Shown here: one piece after another, positions 25,898 through 39,539 of the stretch
How the letters are laid out: the number at the start of each line of letters is the position of its first letter
Position numbering within the stretch: position 1 is the first letter of the stretch
Assembly (NCBI GenBank): GCA_040285825.1
Contig: JAUPSS010000007.1
Location: 124,001-188,000, forward strand
Direction: 5' to 3'
DNA: 64,000 nt
From: Eukaryota sp. TZLM1-RC
Lineage: Eukaryota; Protista; Metamonada: BaSk clade
Translations under genes and position numbers: made by a program
Notes under the pieces: generated by a model
The model's database searches: none
Told to the model about the DNA's origin: nothing
The model's input: only the letters and a program-made list of their open reading frames with translations

Positions 25898-27560
25898 TGT
25901 TGGCGCCCAAAGGCCCAAAGGCTTATATAATATGATTAGAAAATAAATCAGACTTCTCTTTACTGCAATAGACTTTAGGCAACAATAATTATTGGCCATT
26001 TTAAAGTCAAAGGGTATACCATAACTTCAGCACTTTACTAGTAAACATCCCCAGAAACCAGAAACCTTTACAGCATGTCAGACATCTTTCAGCAAGATAT
26101 CTTTGACCCCAATTCCTCACCTAACATGCAGCAACAGGAACCAGAAACACATACACATATACATAATATAGAGAGTAACGAGGCAACGGACCGGGATCCC
26201 ACCTCCCCCTCCCTTAAAGTAGAAGATGAAAGAGTGGACAAGGTCCCTCCATCTTCAGCAATGGAAGAGGCAACGAGAACGGACCCGGCTCCCTCTCCCC
26301 TCAAGTATACAGAATTGTCCTGGGAGGCAACGAGAACGGACCCGTATCCCTCTCCCCTCCCAATTATAGAACCTGTCTTAAAGGGAACGGATGGAAATCC
26401 CACCTTAGACACGTCTTCCCCACTAGGAAAGTCTGAAGAAATTCAATCTCAATTAGATGAGATGGAAGGAGAAGACGACTCCAGTGATGGATTCTACAAA
26501 CTCTTAACAAGGACGCGGAGCCTTACCTCGAATCAATGGACTTATCTCCATTCGAGAAGCTCCCTCCTTTATGGAACCAAACACACAAAAAGTCGACTAC
26601 ATACGAGGTTACGAGTAAAGATTCCACCTCCACTGTTATTGTACTACAATGCAAAGATACGGTTCTTGCTCCTCTGATATTTTTAGTCGTAAAGCCAGTA
26701 CATTAACAACAGAAGACGCCGCCTTAAGGTTTCTGAGGTTTGTTACTTTGCTTACTGTTGTTCTTGATCCAACATAGACCCTGCATGAATACTAGCGAAT
26801 CCATTCTTCGATTCCATGATTCCTTTACTAAACGACACTACCACGTTACTCGTTTACGAAAAAGGGAAGAAGCAGAGCGTCTTCATGTAGCGATTAAAAC
26901 ATACACAACAATGTGTTTAAAGTATTCAAAGTATTCAATGTTTGGTCAGCATCCGTAGTACTACAAATACCTGTTCACCCAAAAATAAAGATAATGTTGC
27001 CAAATTTTGATATACTGTAAAAACCCAAATACAATCAAGTGTTAGAATCCCTCAGAATTCCATTGAATTCCAGTAATCTTTGGAGAAAATTAATGATTTG
27101 ATTGAAGAAAAATCAAATTTGATTAAATAAGAAGTAGGTGTTGGTTTGAATTACTATATCTTAGATTTATTTGATGAAGCAACAAAATTGCTTTTGATGT
27201 GACTGTTGTTGGAGGCAACAGCCATGATCCAAATGATGCATTCCATTTTGCCAATAAAAAGAAAACACACAAATATCAGGTTTTAAAAGAAAGGAAATTG
27301 GTTTCTGAAATCATTCCGCTTGTTTTTTCAATTCATGGTGGAGTATTTGATAAACAGCGGAATTATTGAAGAAATTAAATTAATCTTTTCTACTACCAAT
27401 TATTAAGCGTGTAATTGGCAAAGGAAGTGTACGTTGTAGTGTGGGCAACGTACATTCTGAACCCTGAACAAGTGAGAATGCAGAATTGGATCCAGGAAGG
27501 TTAATAGTATTGTGTCTTGTTAGTTTACTTTATCATAAGTAAGTTTTATTACAATAAAAG
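25898..27560 (+). mobile_element. Internally deleted RLE non-LTR element, lineage 2 (5' UTR + ORF start + RLE end)
   Basis: The first ~250 bp (TGTTGGCGCCC...ATGTCAGACATCTTTCAG) are shared with 40713. The ORF start MSDIFQ carries EATRTDPxPSPL repeats. RLE remnant IAFDVTVVGG...KKKTHKY...PLVFSIHGG lies at about 27185-27350. Confidence 0.7.
26180..26361 (+). repeat. Three degenerate repeats GAGGCAACG(AGAACGGACCCG)..CCCTCTCCCCTC encoding EATRTDPxPSPL
   Basis: Copies begin at about 26180, 26267 and 26324. Confidence 0.8.
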
Positions 27561-27574
27561 CCACTTCATAGACA

Positions 27575-28150
27575 TTGGATGACACATTTTGTTCTAAGTG
27601 ATGGAGATATTGATTATCATGATATTATAAGACAACTTCAGGTTTTTTTTGACAAAAATGGTTTAAATTTAAATGTTATGAAAACTAAAATCCATACAGT
27701 CGATAAAGATTTTATTTGTATGGGTACAGCTATCGGTTCTTCTGAATTTGAAAATTTCAATTTTTTGGCTGATAAGATTGATTCAGAACTTATTCCAAAA
27801 ACAAATTTATTAGCGAAACTACCACTTGAAAATCATTTTTCATTATTTGGTTATTGCAATAATTCAATTTTTTATGTACTGGGCACGTAAAGTTCAAGCA
27901 TTTCATTCTATCGTTCCATTTACTCGTTGGAAGAATGAATTTTTTGAATAAATGTTTAAGTTTACCAAATGGTGATGATGTTTCATCGACATTCTTGTTG
28001 AAACACTGTGTCAGTTTCCAAGAAGCTCCAAGACCAATTGCAGGAAAGCGAGATTGATTCAATCATCATTCCTGCATTAAAATCGACTGATTCCAATAGA
28101 AAACCATCTATTTCACAAGCAGCACTACTCATTCCATTCAAAAACCCGTA
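27575..28150 (+). mobile_element. Non-LTR RT thumb fragment
   Basis: FFDKNGLNLNVMKTKI...FICMGTAIGS matches the RT domain 6/7 pattern. Confidence 0.65.
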
Positions 28151-28699
28151 CAATAATAGCGGTAGATGCGGGTGTGATTATCTGTGATGTGTATGTTTGT
28201 TTGATGATGTTTGGGTTTTACGCAAGGACTATCCACAAACACTCAGCACAGACAGAAATATGATAAGCTTTTCTCTAACAAAGAACGACCAATCTCAACC
28301 AGCTTCAGAAACGATATTCTACCAGAACCCAAATGATCCTGCCCATAAAGATCAGATGAATTTATGAATGTCTCTGAAAAGTCCAGTCGATGACAACCAT
28401 TTAAAGGAAATTGTCTCCAATATTTTCAGAACTAACAAATTAATTTAATGTAAAATTTGTAATCTCTTTTGAATGTTTGGTCAGTTGTGTCAATCAATTA
28501 GATTCACAGAACAATTGAGTAATAAATCAAACTTAGTTAATAATTTTGGGCACTCCACATTCAAAGATCAATTAAATGAATTGGGATAAAGACTAAGCCT
28601 GGATCAAATAAGGGATGAGGAACGCCTAGTCGGGCTACTCGAAAAAACCAGGTATTCAGTGGACTACCTCACCCGGATGGAGTTGATTGTCAGCCGATG

Positions 28700-30700
28700 A
28701 CACAGTAAAGGAATGTTAAACAATGCCTTCGCTGATTATGAATTCATACGAAACCCTGCTTCATTAAGTGGGCCTGTCGCAGGTGGCTCGGATGATTCTT
28801 TTCTCTCAAACTATCCATTTTTCGTGTTCGATTATCCATCAGATAAATTGATGGAAAAAAATAGAAGTTTTGTTAAATATGAACAAAAGAAATGATGGAT
28901 TACCATGATTTAGATTGCGGTGTATCTAATCACGTGATTTCTTCCAATCAACAAGACAGCCTGCAACAAGAACCTTCAAAACTATCCCAAATTGGAAAAG
29001 ATTCATCCTTGACCCCAATACAACGTAAGACCCAATATAACAAAATTAGAAAATCATTGGGTTATTCAAATTCATTAAGAAACAGTCAGAGATTTCCGAT
29101 TCCGGCCGAACATTCATCAAAGAGGAGTCGACGTAGGTTTGAACTGCCTCAGGAACCCAGAGATTTTCAAAATCTTGTTGCACCTAAATCTTCTGTTTCA
29201 ACTGTTAATGAATTTGAAAAAAATGATGTGATTCGGGGGAAAGAAGAAAAAGGTTAAAAAGAAACCTTTTATTGATGATCCTGTCCTTAATCAAAAAGTT
29301 AGTACCTCTAATCGCCCTCTTATTTGTTCAATTGATATTGAAACCAAGAAAATTGGTGTTGAAAAAACCAAGAAAAAAGATATTAATGAAGCTTTAGACA
29401 ATTTGCGAGCTCAACAAAAGCAATCACAGTCAGATCGACGTCGCCATTTGACTGATGATGAGCAATTGTTGGAACAACAGGTTTTTTTAGAACGGCAAAA
29501 AATTTTAATGATTTCTATGATTTTATTTGAAATTGACCACAACGGGGATACTATTTTCCATTCCTCGAGAATAAATTATGTTGCTAAATTAGAGGGAACG
29601 AGACGAGTATTATCATGGACCAATGATAACAAACCAGTTTTTGATGTCTCATTGAATAGATTTGATCATGAACAAGATCTATTGAAGTCATTTGCAGAAT
29701 TCACTTATGATAAACAATTGTTGGTTTCTTAGGCCATAATATTTTTAATTTTGATTTACCTGTGTTGGCTGTGCGATTATCACATTTTGGAATCGCTTTT
29801 CCAATTTTTTCCCAAAGAATTGGTCTAAATGAATTATATCTTCATCGACGTTGGAGAGAAGTAATTCAGTTTTATGAAAATTTCACTATTTTGGACAATT
29901 TTTTGTTTGCCAGAAAATTCATTAAAATTAGATATGGAGCTTCATTGAACAATTGACCATTTACTTGCTGAAACAAAACTTAAACTTCATGATGAGTTTA
30001 AAAATTTATTACCTATTGATAGCCTCTATTCAAAGAAGGCCTTGAGAACATTAGGATCTTATTGTCTTCAGGATGCAATTCTTGTTTTCAAATTATTTAT
30101 TCTATTCCAAAGGGATAAAATAATGGTGATAAAGCCATTTTCCAATCTTTAAGTGAACATCCTGAATTGAATTTTTTGGTTCGTTTTTTCAGGTTGTCAT
30201 ATAGAGAAGAGTCATTGTGGTTAGTTCCTGGTTACAATTATCCTCTCATCTCATCAACAGGTATAAAGCAAGGAGATCCTGCGTCTCCTTTCTTTAGCAA
30301 CATTGCCTGTGTAATCCTATTACCATGAAGTATTGAATAATGAAACATATGCCTACCTGGACGAAGCTTACTTGTGTTTAAACAATGCTTCTGATCTTTC
30401 AGTTGAGTTTTCAAAAATTAATCTCACTTTGAACAAAAAAAGACCAAATTTTTTCGATGTGGTGACCCAGTTTTCGTGATAATGACTTTAAAACAATGGT
30501 TTTAAAGCCATGGTTCTTTTATCGGTAGTATTGCTGGACAAGAACCTCTATTAAACGATTATGTTGAAACCAAAGTATTACCTTTGCTTGATCATCTCCA
30601 TGGTTTGCCCCTGTAAACAAAGATATTATTCATTCGTTATTGCATCAACAGCAAAGTACTGTATTTTTTACCTTCTGTGGCCTTCCCCCTTTCCTCATTA
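28700..30700 (+). mobile_element. Decayed non-LTR retrotransposon with RT core
   Basis: STGIKQGDPASP (about 30255-30290) and YAYLDE (about 30348-30365, degenerate YxDD). Upstream ORF fragments at 28713-29956. Confidence 0.7.
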
Positions 30701-31043
30701 ACTTTAGGATGAGTGAGTAACACTCAAACACTCCATATCCTTAGTGTCATGATTCTTGGAGGCAAAAAGGTAGACATCACGATATCTTTTCAAAACATCA
30801 TTGTTGAACGTATGGAGATACACCGACATCAAGCACACTCGTCGGCTAAATTGAAGATCATTCAAAAATGAGATTATGGAATAATGCTTAAATTACAAGT
30901 AGAGTATCAATCCACACCATTAATGGACCAAGTTGCTAGAATAGAAAACTTAAAAAATAAAAAATAATTAAAATAATAGGAAAACAAAGAATTCAAAACC
31001 AAAGAATTCAAAAGACTTTACAAATCACTTGGCTTTGAGTTAG

Positions 31044-31218
31044 AAACCTACAAAAATCCAAAAGCATGTAGACTATACAGATACACGTAATCAGATCTTT
31101 CATGACCGTAATCAACTTCAAACAGTTAAAAACTAAATGATTGATGATTACTCAGTCGTTCATGTATTTATGATGGACCCTAAATAAAGAGAAATACTCT
31201 CAATATTTGGTAGAGACC
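31044..31218 (+). repeat. Dispersed ~170-bp repeat, copy 2
   Basis: Matches the reverse complement of 13992-14173 and directly matches 43002-43168. Confidence 0.75.
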
Positions 31219-32862
31219 CTGATAAACATCTGCAAATATGTGACAATGACAAAAACTAAGTCAATGATCAGTAAACGAAATCCTAAAATTATGTAAACTC
31301 ATAACAATTGAAAGATGACAAGGAACTTAAACTTAAGAGGCTTGGGTTGGTAACAAAAACTGCTGGGTATAGACAATTCAGAATTAATTAAAGCAATAAA
31401 AACAACGCGAACAGCAAAGTTAACAAAAATAAATGTACAGTAATCAATCAAAAGAAACAAAACACAATTAATTAGGAAAAATCAAGAAACCTGAAAACCA
31501 TACATATACTTATTTACCAAAGACCTCATTTAGATTAAAATAAATATAAAAATAAACGACAGAAATATAATCTAAATAGGCAAATCTTAGGCAACAAAAA
31601 TATTTTAAAAGAACAAGTAAAACAACTAGAATGGTAATGAAAATTTTTCCAAATTAAAGTAGCTATTTGTGGTGGTCTTAACAATAGTCTACTTTCACTA
31701 TAAGTAATCATGACCAATTATAAAATAAATAACAAACTCAGTTAAATAATACTAGAGCAAAATAAAAAAAATAAAAAAAAATAAAAAAATTCAGTAACGG
31801 CAAAGCACTTGGGACTAAATGATTTCATATTGGTGCTCAAGTGATACTTATGAACAATATGATTCGAATCAACAATAACTGAAAATTCGAGTCAAAATAC
31901 CAATAAAGCATGTGAACCAAACAAATGGTGTCATGTAGGGGTTTGAATCTCGGGTGTGAGCTCAAAACCAACAGTCGAGCGTTCGATTCCCAGTGAAGGC
32001 GAAAAATAAAAATGATTTGATAAGCAAAAAAATGTAGAAAGTGAGTGCGAGAAGGGTGCGAAAGGAGTGCGAGAGGAGAGAAACTGTTAGACAAACAAGC
32101 AAGTCAAAGTGATAGGAATGTGACTCAAGTGGTAAAACATTGAATCGATCCACTAGAAGGAAATCTAGGTGGAAACAAGTGAGATTAGTAGTCAGTGCAG
32201 AGAAGTGAGAGAGAGCAAAGTCATCAAGAGAGAAGGAAAGAAAAACAATGCATCGAGTAATGTGAAGCATGTAACGTAGAGTAAAGTAAAGGATTGTATG
32301 AATGATGAAGGGTGGTTTGAACACTGTAGCAGTCAAAGTTAATACGGTACATGATAATATATGTCTACATTGATGTTGACAACAGTGAAAACAAAAGTTT
32401 TTGAATTCCACATGTTCCTATGTTAACTCTTTGATCATCGATGATGATTGAACAGAATGAAACGTAGAGATTCGGTATCTGATAGTCATGTAGAAACTCT
32501 GAAGATGCCAGAAGACAGTAGTGTTTGAAAACCAAACGTGCCAGTGTCAAATGGTAAGTAGTTTTAAGAAAAAATATGCCATCAGGTCTTGAAGAGGTGT
32601 TTGTTAAAGCCAAGGAAGAAATAGAGCAGCAGGGGTGGAATGGATATATGGAGAACTTATGTAAGAACACATCCGATCCGAAAATCAAGCGTTTTTCACT
32701 GATTTTATGGCGCTCTTGTTGTTGTTGTTGAACTTAAATTGAATTAGTAGGTTTCTTTGTATTTTGACTGATGACGTGATACTCGTTCATGAATCAGTTT
32801 TATTAATAAACTTAGATTTCTCTTTCTCCTTCGTGTGTTCATCTGCCTAACGGCATCACTCT

Positions 32863-33030
32863 CGAATTCAATTTGCCATTATTAATAGTTTACCTCGGTT
32901 TTTCAATCGAATTAGAGAAGCTTTAGCTAGACAGCAAGCAGATCAAGAATATGTAGAGAAAATCTTGGTTCAATGATTTTCGTCCCTTTAGTTATGAATT
33001 AATTTATTTAAGTGTACATGTTCATTAATT
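32863..33030 (+). mobile_element. CRE-like lineage 3, short 3'-terminal fragment
   Basis: RIQFAIIN.LPRFFNRIREALARQQADQ..VEKILVQ* plus the conserved 3' UTR. Confidence 0.85.
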
Positions 33031-33474
33031 ATTTATAGATTTTTCAAACTGGATTAATTCCATTTCTCAACTGATTTCGGTATGATTTATTGATGATTAA
33101 TGAAGATTTCACTTCAGCTAAATGCCCTCTTTGTTTTGACAAGGTTGACGCGTTTTTGAGAGCAATAAATTCGAAATTCTATAGGAGAGAAAAGATTCCA
33201 CTTACCTAGCAATAGTCATGAATTCAGTAACAAAGGCTCAACAAAGCTGTTCAATAGAAAAAAGCTAACACTCGTTAGTATGTTTGCAATTGCAGAAACC
33301 AAAACGAGTGCTAATGAAATGCCACAATGTCTTTGTAGTAGATAGTTTGAGTATTAACTTCACATGAAAATTGTGCTCATAAGAATTTCCTTTTTGAAAG
33401 GGCTTTGATTGAATCCTATTCCATCAATTTATCAAACAACTTCCAAACAAGACTCCCATCTTTAGTTATACATC

Positions 33475-35121
33475 ATGTCGTCTTTTCCAGTATCTCCTTG
33501 CCGTCTGATTTCTCTCTCTGAACTCTCCATTGACCGTGAAAATGCAGTGATTGGTCGAGGTGGTTTCTCTACTGTTCACGCCGCAAAGTGGTTCTCCCAC
33601 GATGTCGCCGTCAAACTCATTGCTCTCACAGATGAAGGGGAGAGCAAACTCAAGAAGGAGATAGGCCTCCTCTCCCTCCTTAACCACCCTGGCATTATCC
33701 GCGTCTATGGAGTTACATACATAAACGGCAAGATGGGTATTGTCATGGATCGGGCCTCTTCTTCCCTCCACACACCCTCCCCTCTATCTCGCACGTCCCT
33801 CTCTCACGCCATTTCAATTACCTCCACTCTTTACTTCCTCCATTCCAATAACTTAATCCATAGAGATTTAAAGCCACAGAACATTCTTATGGTTGGTGGT
33901 CGTCCTAGAATCTCTGACTTTGGAACTTCCAAAATTATCACCGATACCGCCACTCTCAACACCATTTATGCCATCACCCCTAAATATGCTGCATTGGAAG
34001 CTTTTGATAATAATTCAAGCAAGGAAAGCGATGTCTATTCCCTAGGGGTAATTCTATATGAATTACTTACAAATAAAGTCGCTTTTGAGGGAATTAACTC
34101 TCAAGTAGCTTTATTAGGAGCCAAATATAATGGTACTAAGTTACCATTTGATGAAACAACTCCTGTTTTATTACAAGAAATTATTAATAAATGTTTGGAT
34201 AGTGATCCATCAAGAAGGCCTGGTATTAACCAAATTTTGGAGGTATTGAATGATTTGACAAGTGAAGTTGGAATTGATGAAAATTTGGTAATTGAAAATA
34301 ATAATTTTAATAATAATGAATTAAATAATTTCAATTTAAGACAAGAAATTCAACAATTAACTGAATTAAATCATAAAAAGGATGAAGAAATCGCGGTCCA
34401 ACTTTTAAAAATTCAGGTTCTAAATGCTAGAATTGAGGATTTAAATTGCCAAATTCAAGATTTACAAGGTGAAGGTCAATTTAAAAACAAACTAATTCAA
34501 TCATCATCATTAATTAGGGTTTGTTTATGGGCTTGGTCGGGTGTTGAAAATGATATAACTGAAAAAATTCAAAAAGGATTTAGGCTAAATTGGCCTAACT
34601 GTGAGGTACAAATTACTTCTTCTAATGAACCAAATTTAAACAACATTGATAATTTTGATCTTGTTTTGTATAATTCTGCAGATTTAACAATTCATGCCAC
34701 ACTACTTCAACAAATAGTAGAAGCTGGCAAAGGTTTGGTATTGTTTAGTTGTAATGGATGTCGGGTTAAGAGTGACTTTAAATATGGAGCATTCAAGGGT
34801 TTGAGTGGTCGGAGAGAGATTGGCTCTTTCATTGAACTTGGTAACTCTAACCAGAATGATTTAATAATGAAATCAGTAAACTCTTTTTCTTGTAAGTATC
34901 GTGCAGAATACACTTCCATCAACCCTGAATTTCAAACAGTTGCTACCTTGAAAAATGGAGATCCTTTGGTGTTGAAGAGTGAATATAACAAAAGTAGAGT
35001 GGTGGATTTTGCCTCAGATGGTCATAGTAATGATATTGGTTATAGTGGATGGAAAAGCTCCACAGATGGTCATTTATTGCTAGCAAATTCAATAGTTTGG
35101 GTTTCTGGAAGGAATGGCTAA
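33475..35121 (+). CDS. TKL-like Ser/Thr protein kinase + coiled coil + C-terminal class I glutamine-amidotransferase-like (ThuA-like) domain
   Basis: GRGGFSTV, VAVK, HRDLKPQN, SDFG, YAALE and SDVYSLG kinase motifs. C-terminal FDLVL..LLQQIVEAGKGLVLF..DLIMKSVNSF..VATLKNGDPLV..W..STDG..LLANSI.W. Confidence 0.85.
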   Translation: MSSFPVSPCRLISLSELSIDRENAVIGRGGFSTVHAAKWFSHDVAVKLIALTDEGESKLKKEIGLLSLLNHPGIIRVYGVTYINGKMGIVMDRASSSLHTPSPLSRTSLSHAISITSTLYFLHSNNLIHRDLKPQNILMVGGRPRISDFGTSKIITDTATLNTIYAITPKYAALEAFDNNSSKESDVYSLGVILYELLTNKVAFEGINSQVALLGAKYNGTKLPFDETTPVLLQEIINKCLDSDPSRRPGINQILEVLNDLTSEVGIDENLVIENNNFNNNELNNFNLRQEIQQLTELNHKKDEEIAVQLLKIQVLNARIEDLNCQIQDLQGEGQFKNKLIQSSSLIRVCLWAWSGVENDITEKIQKGFRLNWPNCEVQITSSNEPNLNNIDNFDLVLYNSADLTIHATLLQQIVEAGKGLVLFSCNGCRVKSDFKYGAFKGLSGRREIGSFIELGNSNQNDLIMKSVNSFSCKYRAEYTSINPEFQTVATLKNGDPLVLKSEYNKSRVVDFASDGHSNDIGYSGWKSSTDGHLLLANSIVWVSGRNG

Positions 35122-35252
35122 TAAACTTACCTTTTGCTTTTGCTTTAGGTTTAATTTAAATGTTTTCGTCTTTTTGGTGTATTTTGCTTCTAATCAATTA
35201 AATTGACAGCTCAACCTACAACAATCAGTGAAATACTCTGAAAAGACCTTAC

Positions 35253-35292
35253 AAACAGTGCTATGAAACAGTGCTATGAAACAGTGCTATGA
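35253..35292 (+). repeat. Tandem repeat (AAACAGTGCTATG)x3
   Basis: Three exact 13-bp units. Confidence 0.95.
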
Positions 35293-35339
35293 CATTATTG
35301 TTTATATAATTGAGTTGATTTATCAAATACCGAATAAAA

Positions 35340-35950
35340 AATCATCAAATACACAACTAAAGCTCCACATCCTCAAAACCTGCCTTTCCTACATCAAAAC
35401 AATTTATTTTCAAAGATTCAGAAAATTTTCCAAAAGAAGACAGTGAATCAGAAATCAGTTTTACCATTTCCTTAATGATAGAAATTACAATCCTGTTTTG
35501 CCAGTAAACACGATGGAAAATTCTTCCAGTTCTTTCCTTCACAACAACAACAAAATCCTCAAGGAAAGCCATTGCAGCCTTACCTAAAGAACTGAACAAG
35601 GAAAAACAAAGAGACAGAAACAATATTGGACATGAGAATTTTCATTTACAGAAACAATAGGTTACGTATTTAGCGTTTTTGTATCTTTTGTCAGCAAGAA
35701 GAGAATTATTTACATCTGAATTTATGAAAGTTTCGTAAGAAGAATTAGAAGGGTCAATGGACATGGCGTCTAAAATAGTAGAACTACCATTTAAACCGGG
35801 AACAACTAGATCACCTCTTGTCAGACCCATAGAAGCTCTGTTGTAACGCGTACTATCAATATTGGGATCATCAAGAATTAATTTTGATAGCAAAAGCTCT
35901 GAAAAGAATCTACTCTATATGATTTGCACATTACATAACTTTGGTTTCTG
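35340..35950 (-). mobile_element. CRE-like lineage 1 RLE 3' fragment
   Basis: RGDLVVPGLNGSSTILDAMSIDP...FSLFSSLG...YWQNRIVISI. Confidence 0.8.
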
Positions 35951-35989
35951 ACATTGACATGGACTTTGTTTAGTTCAAAAAATGAGTAA

Positions 35990-37666
35990 GCAAAAGAAGT
36001 TTACCACATCAACTTGTTGAATGATTAGCAAAATTGTTTGGCCATAGAAAACAACGAAAACACATGTTTAAAAGCAAAGTTGCGAACCATCTTACGAACT
36101 CCGGAGGTGTCAAAGGTTGTTCTTCTCCCCCACCAGACCTGGTTTCTAGTATATCTACTTCTAAAGCCAAAAAACTGGAAAATAACATCAGACAGCTCGA
36201 AACTGAGGCTCTACACCTACTTACTTCTCCTCCATCTACACCTCTTCCTTTGTTTTCTCTCGAATCCCTTGAAGGTAAACGCCGTAGTACTGACATTTCC
36301 TCACAGTGTCACGATCAACTTTCGACAAATGGCAATGATGTTGAAGTTCTTGGGGTACTGGAACCAGCTAAGAAAATCCGTCGACAATTGAGTTTGAAAG
36401 AAAGCTTTAGTCCAAGTTACAAGAAAGAAGCTGACCTGGCGATACTTAAGTTCTTTCTCAAATTTAAAGTGCCTTTCTATGCAGCATCTTCAAATGAATA
36501 CAAGACTATGGTTCAAGCAATCAATGTTGTGGAAAAAGATTATAAACCCCCTTCCACCAAAAGACTTTCTGGATCAATGATAGATGAGTATCATTCATCA
36601 ATTATAGACAATTTATCGGTAATTGTTGATATGTTCGATCATACAGGAGTTAGCCTTGTTTCTGATGGATGGAGCGATCGTCAATCACGTCCTTTGATAA
36701 ACCTACTTGCAGTAACTCCTACTGGTTCTATGTTTTTAACAGCCTTCGACACATCCGGAGGTGAAAACAATTCTGAATTTATTGCTGAAATAATTTCCAA
36801 ATATTTGCAACATCAAAATGACAAAATCTCTATCAAAGTTGACTCAGTTATTCAAATTGTCACGGACAACGCCCCAAGTTGTGTTGCAGCAGGAAAGATA
36901 CTAGAAAAATCCATTCCATTGTTCTTTACCGGATGTGCTGCACACTCAATTGATTGAATCCTGTTTGCGTTTTCCAAACTGGATTTCATTAAAGCAATTA
37001 TAACCGATTCAGTTAGAAACGGTCATTTTGTTATGAACCATCAAATTGTGAAGCACATACTGTTGAAAAAGGCCAATCTTCTTCTTGTCAAGCCCGGAGA
37101 AACAAGATTCGCTACGAATTACTTGGTTTTAGAGCGTCTTTTGCACTTAAAAAGCCAAATGAAGGAAACTGTCATCGATAGAAGATTCGATAAATGGATC
37201 ACAAAACAGAAACCAAAAACGAAACAAAAGGCTGCAGCTGTTACCAACATAATACTGAATGATGACTACGGTTACTGGGAACAGATGAATCAAATTGTAG
37301 AGCTTTTTCAACCAATTTATGGTGTCTTGCGGTTAGTAGACTCCGACCGTCCCGTACTGTCAAAGGTTTATCCTGAAATGCAAAAACTAGAAAAATTGGT
37401 AAATGGTTTGGCTGAAACCCATAGTTTGTGGACTAGGGACAGAGTTCAATCACTGACGAATCTTCTCCAACTTCGATTCTCAAAAATGTTTAATGACTTA
37501 CACTATGTTGGTTATATGTAATATATGTTATTGGTTATATGTAATTTCTTTTACTGTTAAATAGAACAACGCACCCTGCACCCGCACCACACCACTTTCT
37601 TCACGCACTGAGGGTACGGGGTGCGCACCCAGCACGAACCCGTGCACCCCGCACCGCCGAACACTG
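35990..37666 (+). mobile_element. hAT DNA transposon remnant (transposase pseudogene + GC-rich subterminal repeats + putative right TIR)
   Basis: SLVSDGWSD, QIVTDNA, GCAAHSID*, KPGETRFATNY and LRLVDSD motifs. GCACCC repeats at 37570-37660 end in AACACTG, the reverse complement of the hAT-type CAGTGTT. Confidence 0.88.
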
Positions 37667-38199
37667 TTAAAAACACTGCCTCCCAGGATTCAATATAGAG
37701 GGTTTCAAAAAGTGAATATCTTCAACAACCAAAAGGGCGACTTCGGATGTCTAGTCTGTGGCAATATCAAGAACTCTAATTTTTGTACACGTTGAAAAGA
37801 TAGCCATATCTTCTCATGTTCCAAAATTTAGGACACCATTAACCTCGAAGAGATTTTGCGGTATTACTTCTCTAAGAAACAGAAGCAATGAAAAAGGGAG
37901 AAGAAATTGAAAGAATTGTCAACCTCACTGATACGATTGTATTGGAAAAGTAAAACCAACCGAAATCAGGTCATTATGAGTTCAAATTATCCCTATAAAT
38001 AATACTGAGGACGAATAAACTCAGTTTGGGACAACCTGAAATTTATTCTAGCTGCTGTTGGGCCATGAATTTCATTGTTGCGTATTTGTGATGATCAGGC
38101 TGTTGTTTTTTCTTTCTTTGGGCAAATGGTGTCACCAGACCAAGTATGAAGCAATCAATGGATTAGAGAGCAAAATCCATTAATGCAGAGTTACGCACA

Positions 38200-38950
38200 C
38201 CACACTTTACGAAAAACGAGGTCAAAGCAAAAATTGATGAGATGGAAAAAATGGCCACAGCTTGTCTCGACTACCTTTCGTCTCCATGTGTCATTTTTGC
38301 TAGAATTCTAAATCCCCCACTCCATAATTATGATCAGCGCGTCTTTCAAGACACAGTCCTCCTTCAAATGTTACGTTCTTATTTTAATGAAATTTTCCCG
38401 GGGTATTCTCTAGAGCTTAACTCTGAGCTGTCTTCTGTTATTGAGTCTGGGTAATCTTTTTTAAATACCAATGACCTTTCTCCTCATACCTAGTAAAACT
38501 CTCATGCCCAAGCTTCTTACCCTATACTTTCACAACTCGCTTCTCGAATCAACAGAAATACTGCCTCTGCATCATCTGCTGAGCACAATTGGTCCACCTT
38601 TGATCAGAAACTACCAAAAAGACGAAGTAGGCCCTCATCAACTTTATCAAACGACTCTGTAACCGTTACTATCAACTTTCCTCTTCTGCAACAAGAACCA
38701 CGGAGGATTACGATGAACAGACTTGTAGTCATTCTAACTAGATCAACGCAGGAAATTATGTTCAACGAAGAACAGATCTTTTCTCTTTTAATTATTGATG
38801 ACGAAGTGATTCGTCTTGATGAATTGGTTTTGGCATTAATTCCAAATGATGAAGTTGTAGAAGGTGAAGTTCTAGTTGAAGATAAAATAGACGACCGTAA
38901 AGAGCTGAAAGATCAGTGGATCTATTCTGTGGGAAGTCTGATTTGATGAT
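38200..38950 (+). mobile_element. hAT C-terminal fragment
   Basis: ASASSAEHNWSTFD...KRRSR dimerisation-domain remnant at about 38560-38640. Confidence 0.6.
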
Positions 38951-39539
38951 CCCTACTCGAAGGACATCTAGGACTTAATTGTTTTGTTATTATAAAGAAA
39001 TGTTACTGATAATTTTTTTTATTTAATGGTCAATCTACAACTTACTCGTTAAAATGCTCAAATGTGGCGCTATTGTGATGTGATTGTTGGGATTCGCCAC
39101 TTTGTTTGGAAGTCATTCATTGTTCATGCAAATTCGACATATTTGTCATTTTACATTATGTTTATGTTATGTTGAGTTTAAAAAAAGTAATGTTTGAAGC
39201 ATAGCAAAGAGAGATTTATTAGTGTTGAATTATCTGTGTTTGAAAATTGAAATAATCCAATAATAAATCATAAATTTTGCTACCACCCTGCGTCAAAGTT
39301 CCTTCCTCTCCATCATGATTGTTGAACACCTCCCTTATCACGGTCCAGGCCCTCCTATTGCTTTCTTACCCATTATATCATACTGCTCTACGTTGTCTCC
39401 TTCATTGTTGACTCCACTGAAAGTTTTGCCACTAAAAACGTCATCCTTTGAAACATCCTTTTGGAGACAAATTGGTTCAATTCTCACAAACATCTTGTTT
39501 CTTGTTCAATTTGACTTGACTATCAGCAGATGTTGACAT

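Noticed and set aside
31925-32002. tRNA-like or PBS-like segments (TGGTGTCATGTAGGGGTTTGAATC; GTTCGATTCCCAGTGAAGGCG)
   Set aside because: Only T-arm-like pieces, with no full tRNA and no recognisable gag downstream.
32767-32797. Hammerhead-like CTGATGA...GAA
   Set aside because: It lacks the GAAA core and stems I/III.
35253-35292. CRISPR-like repeat
   Set aside because: Spacerless 13-bp tandem repeat in eukaryotic DNA, with no cas genes.
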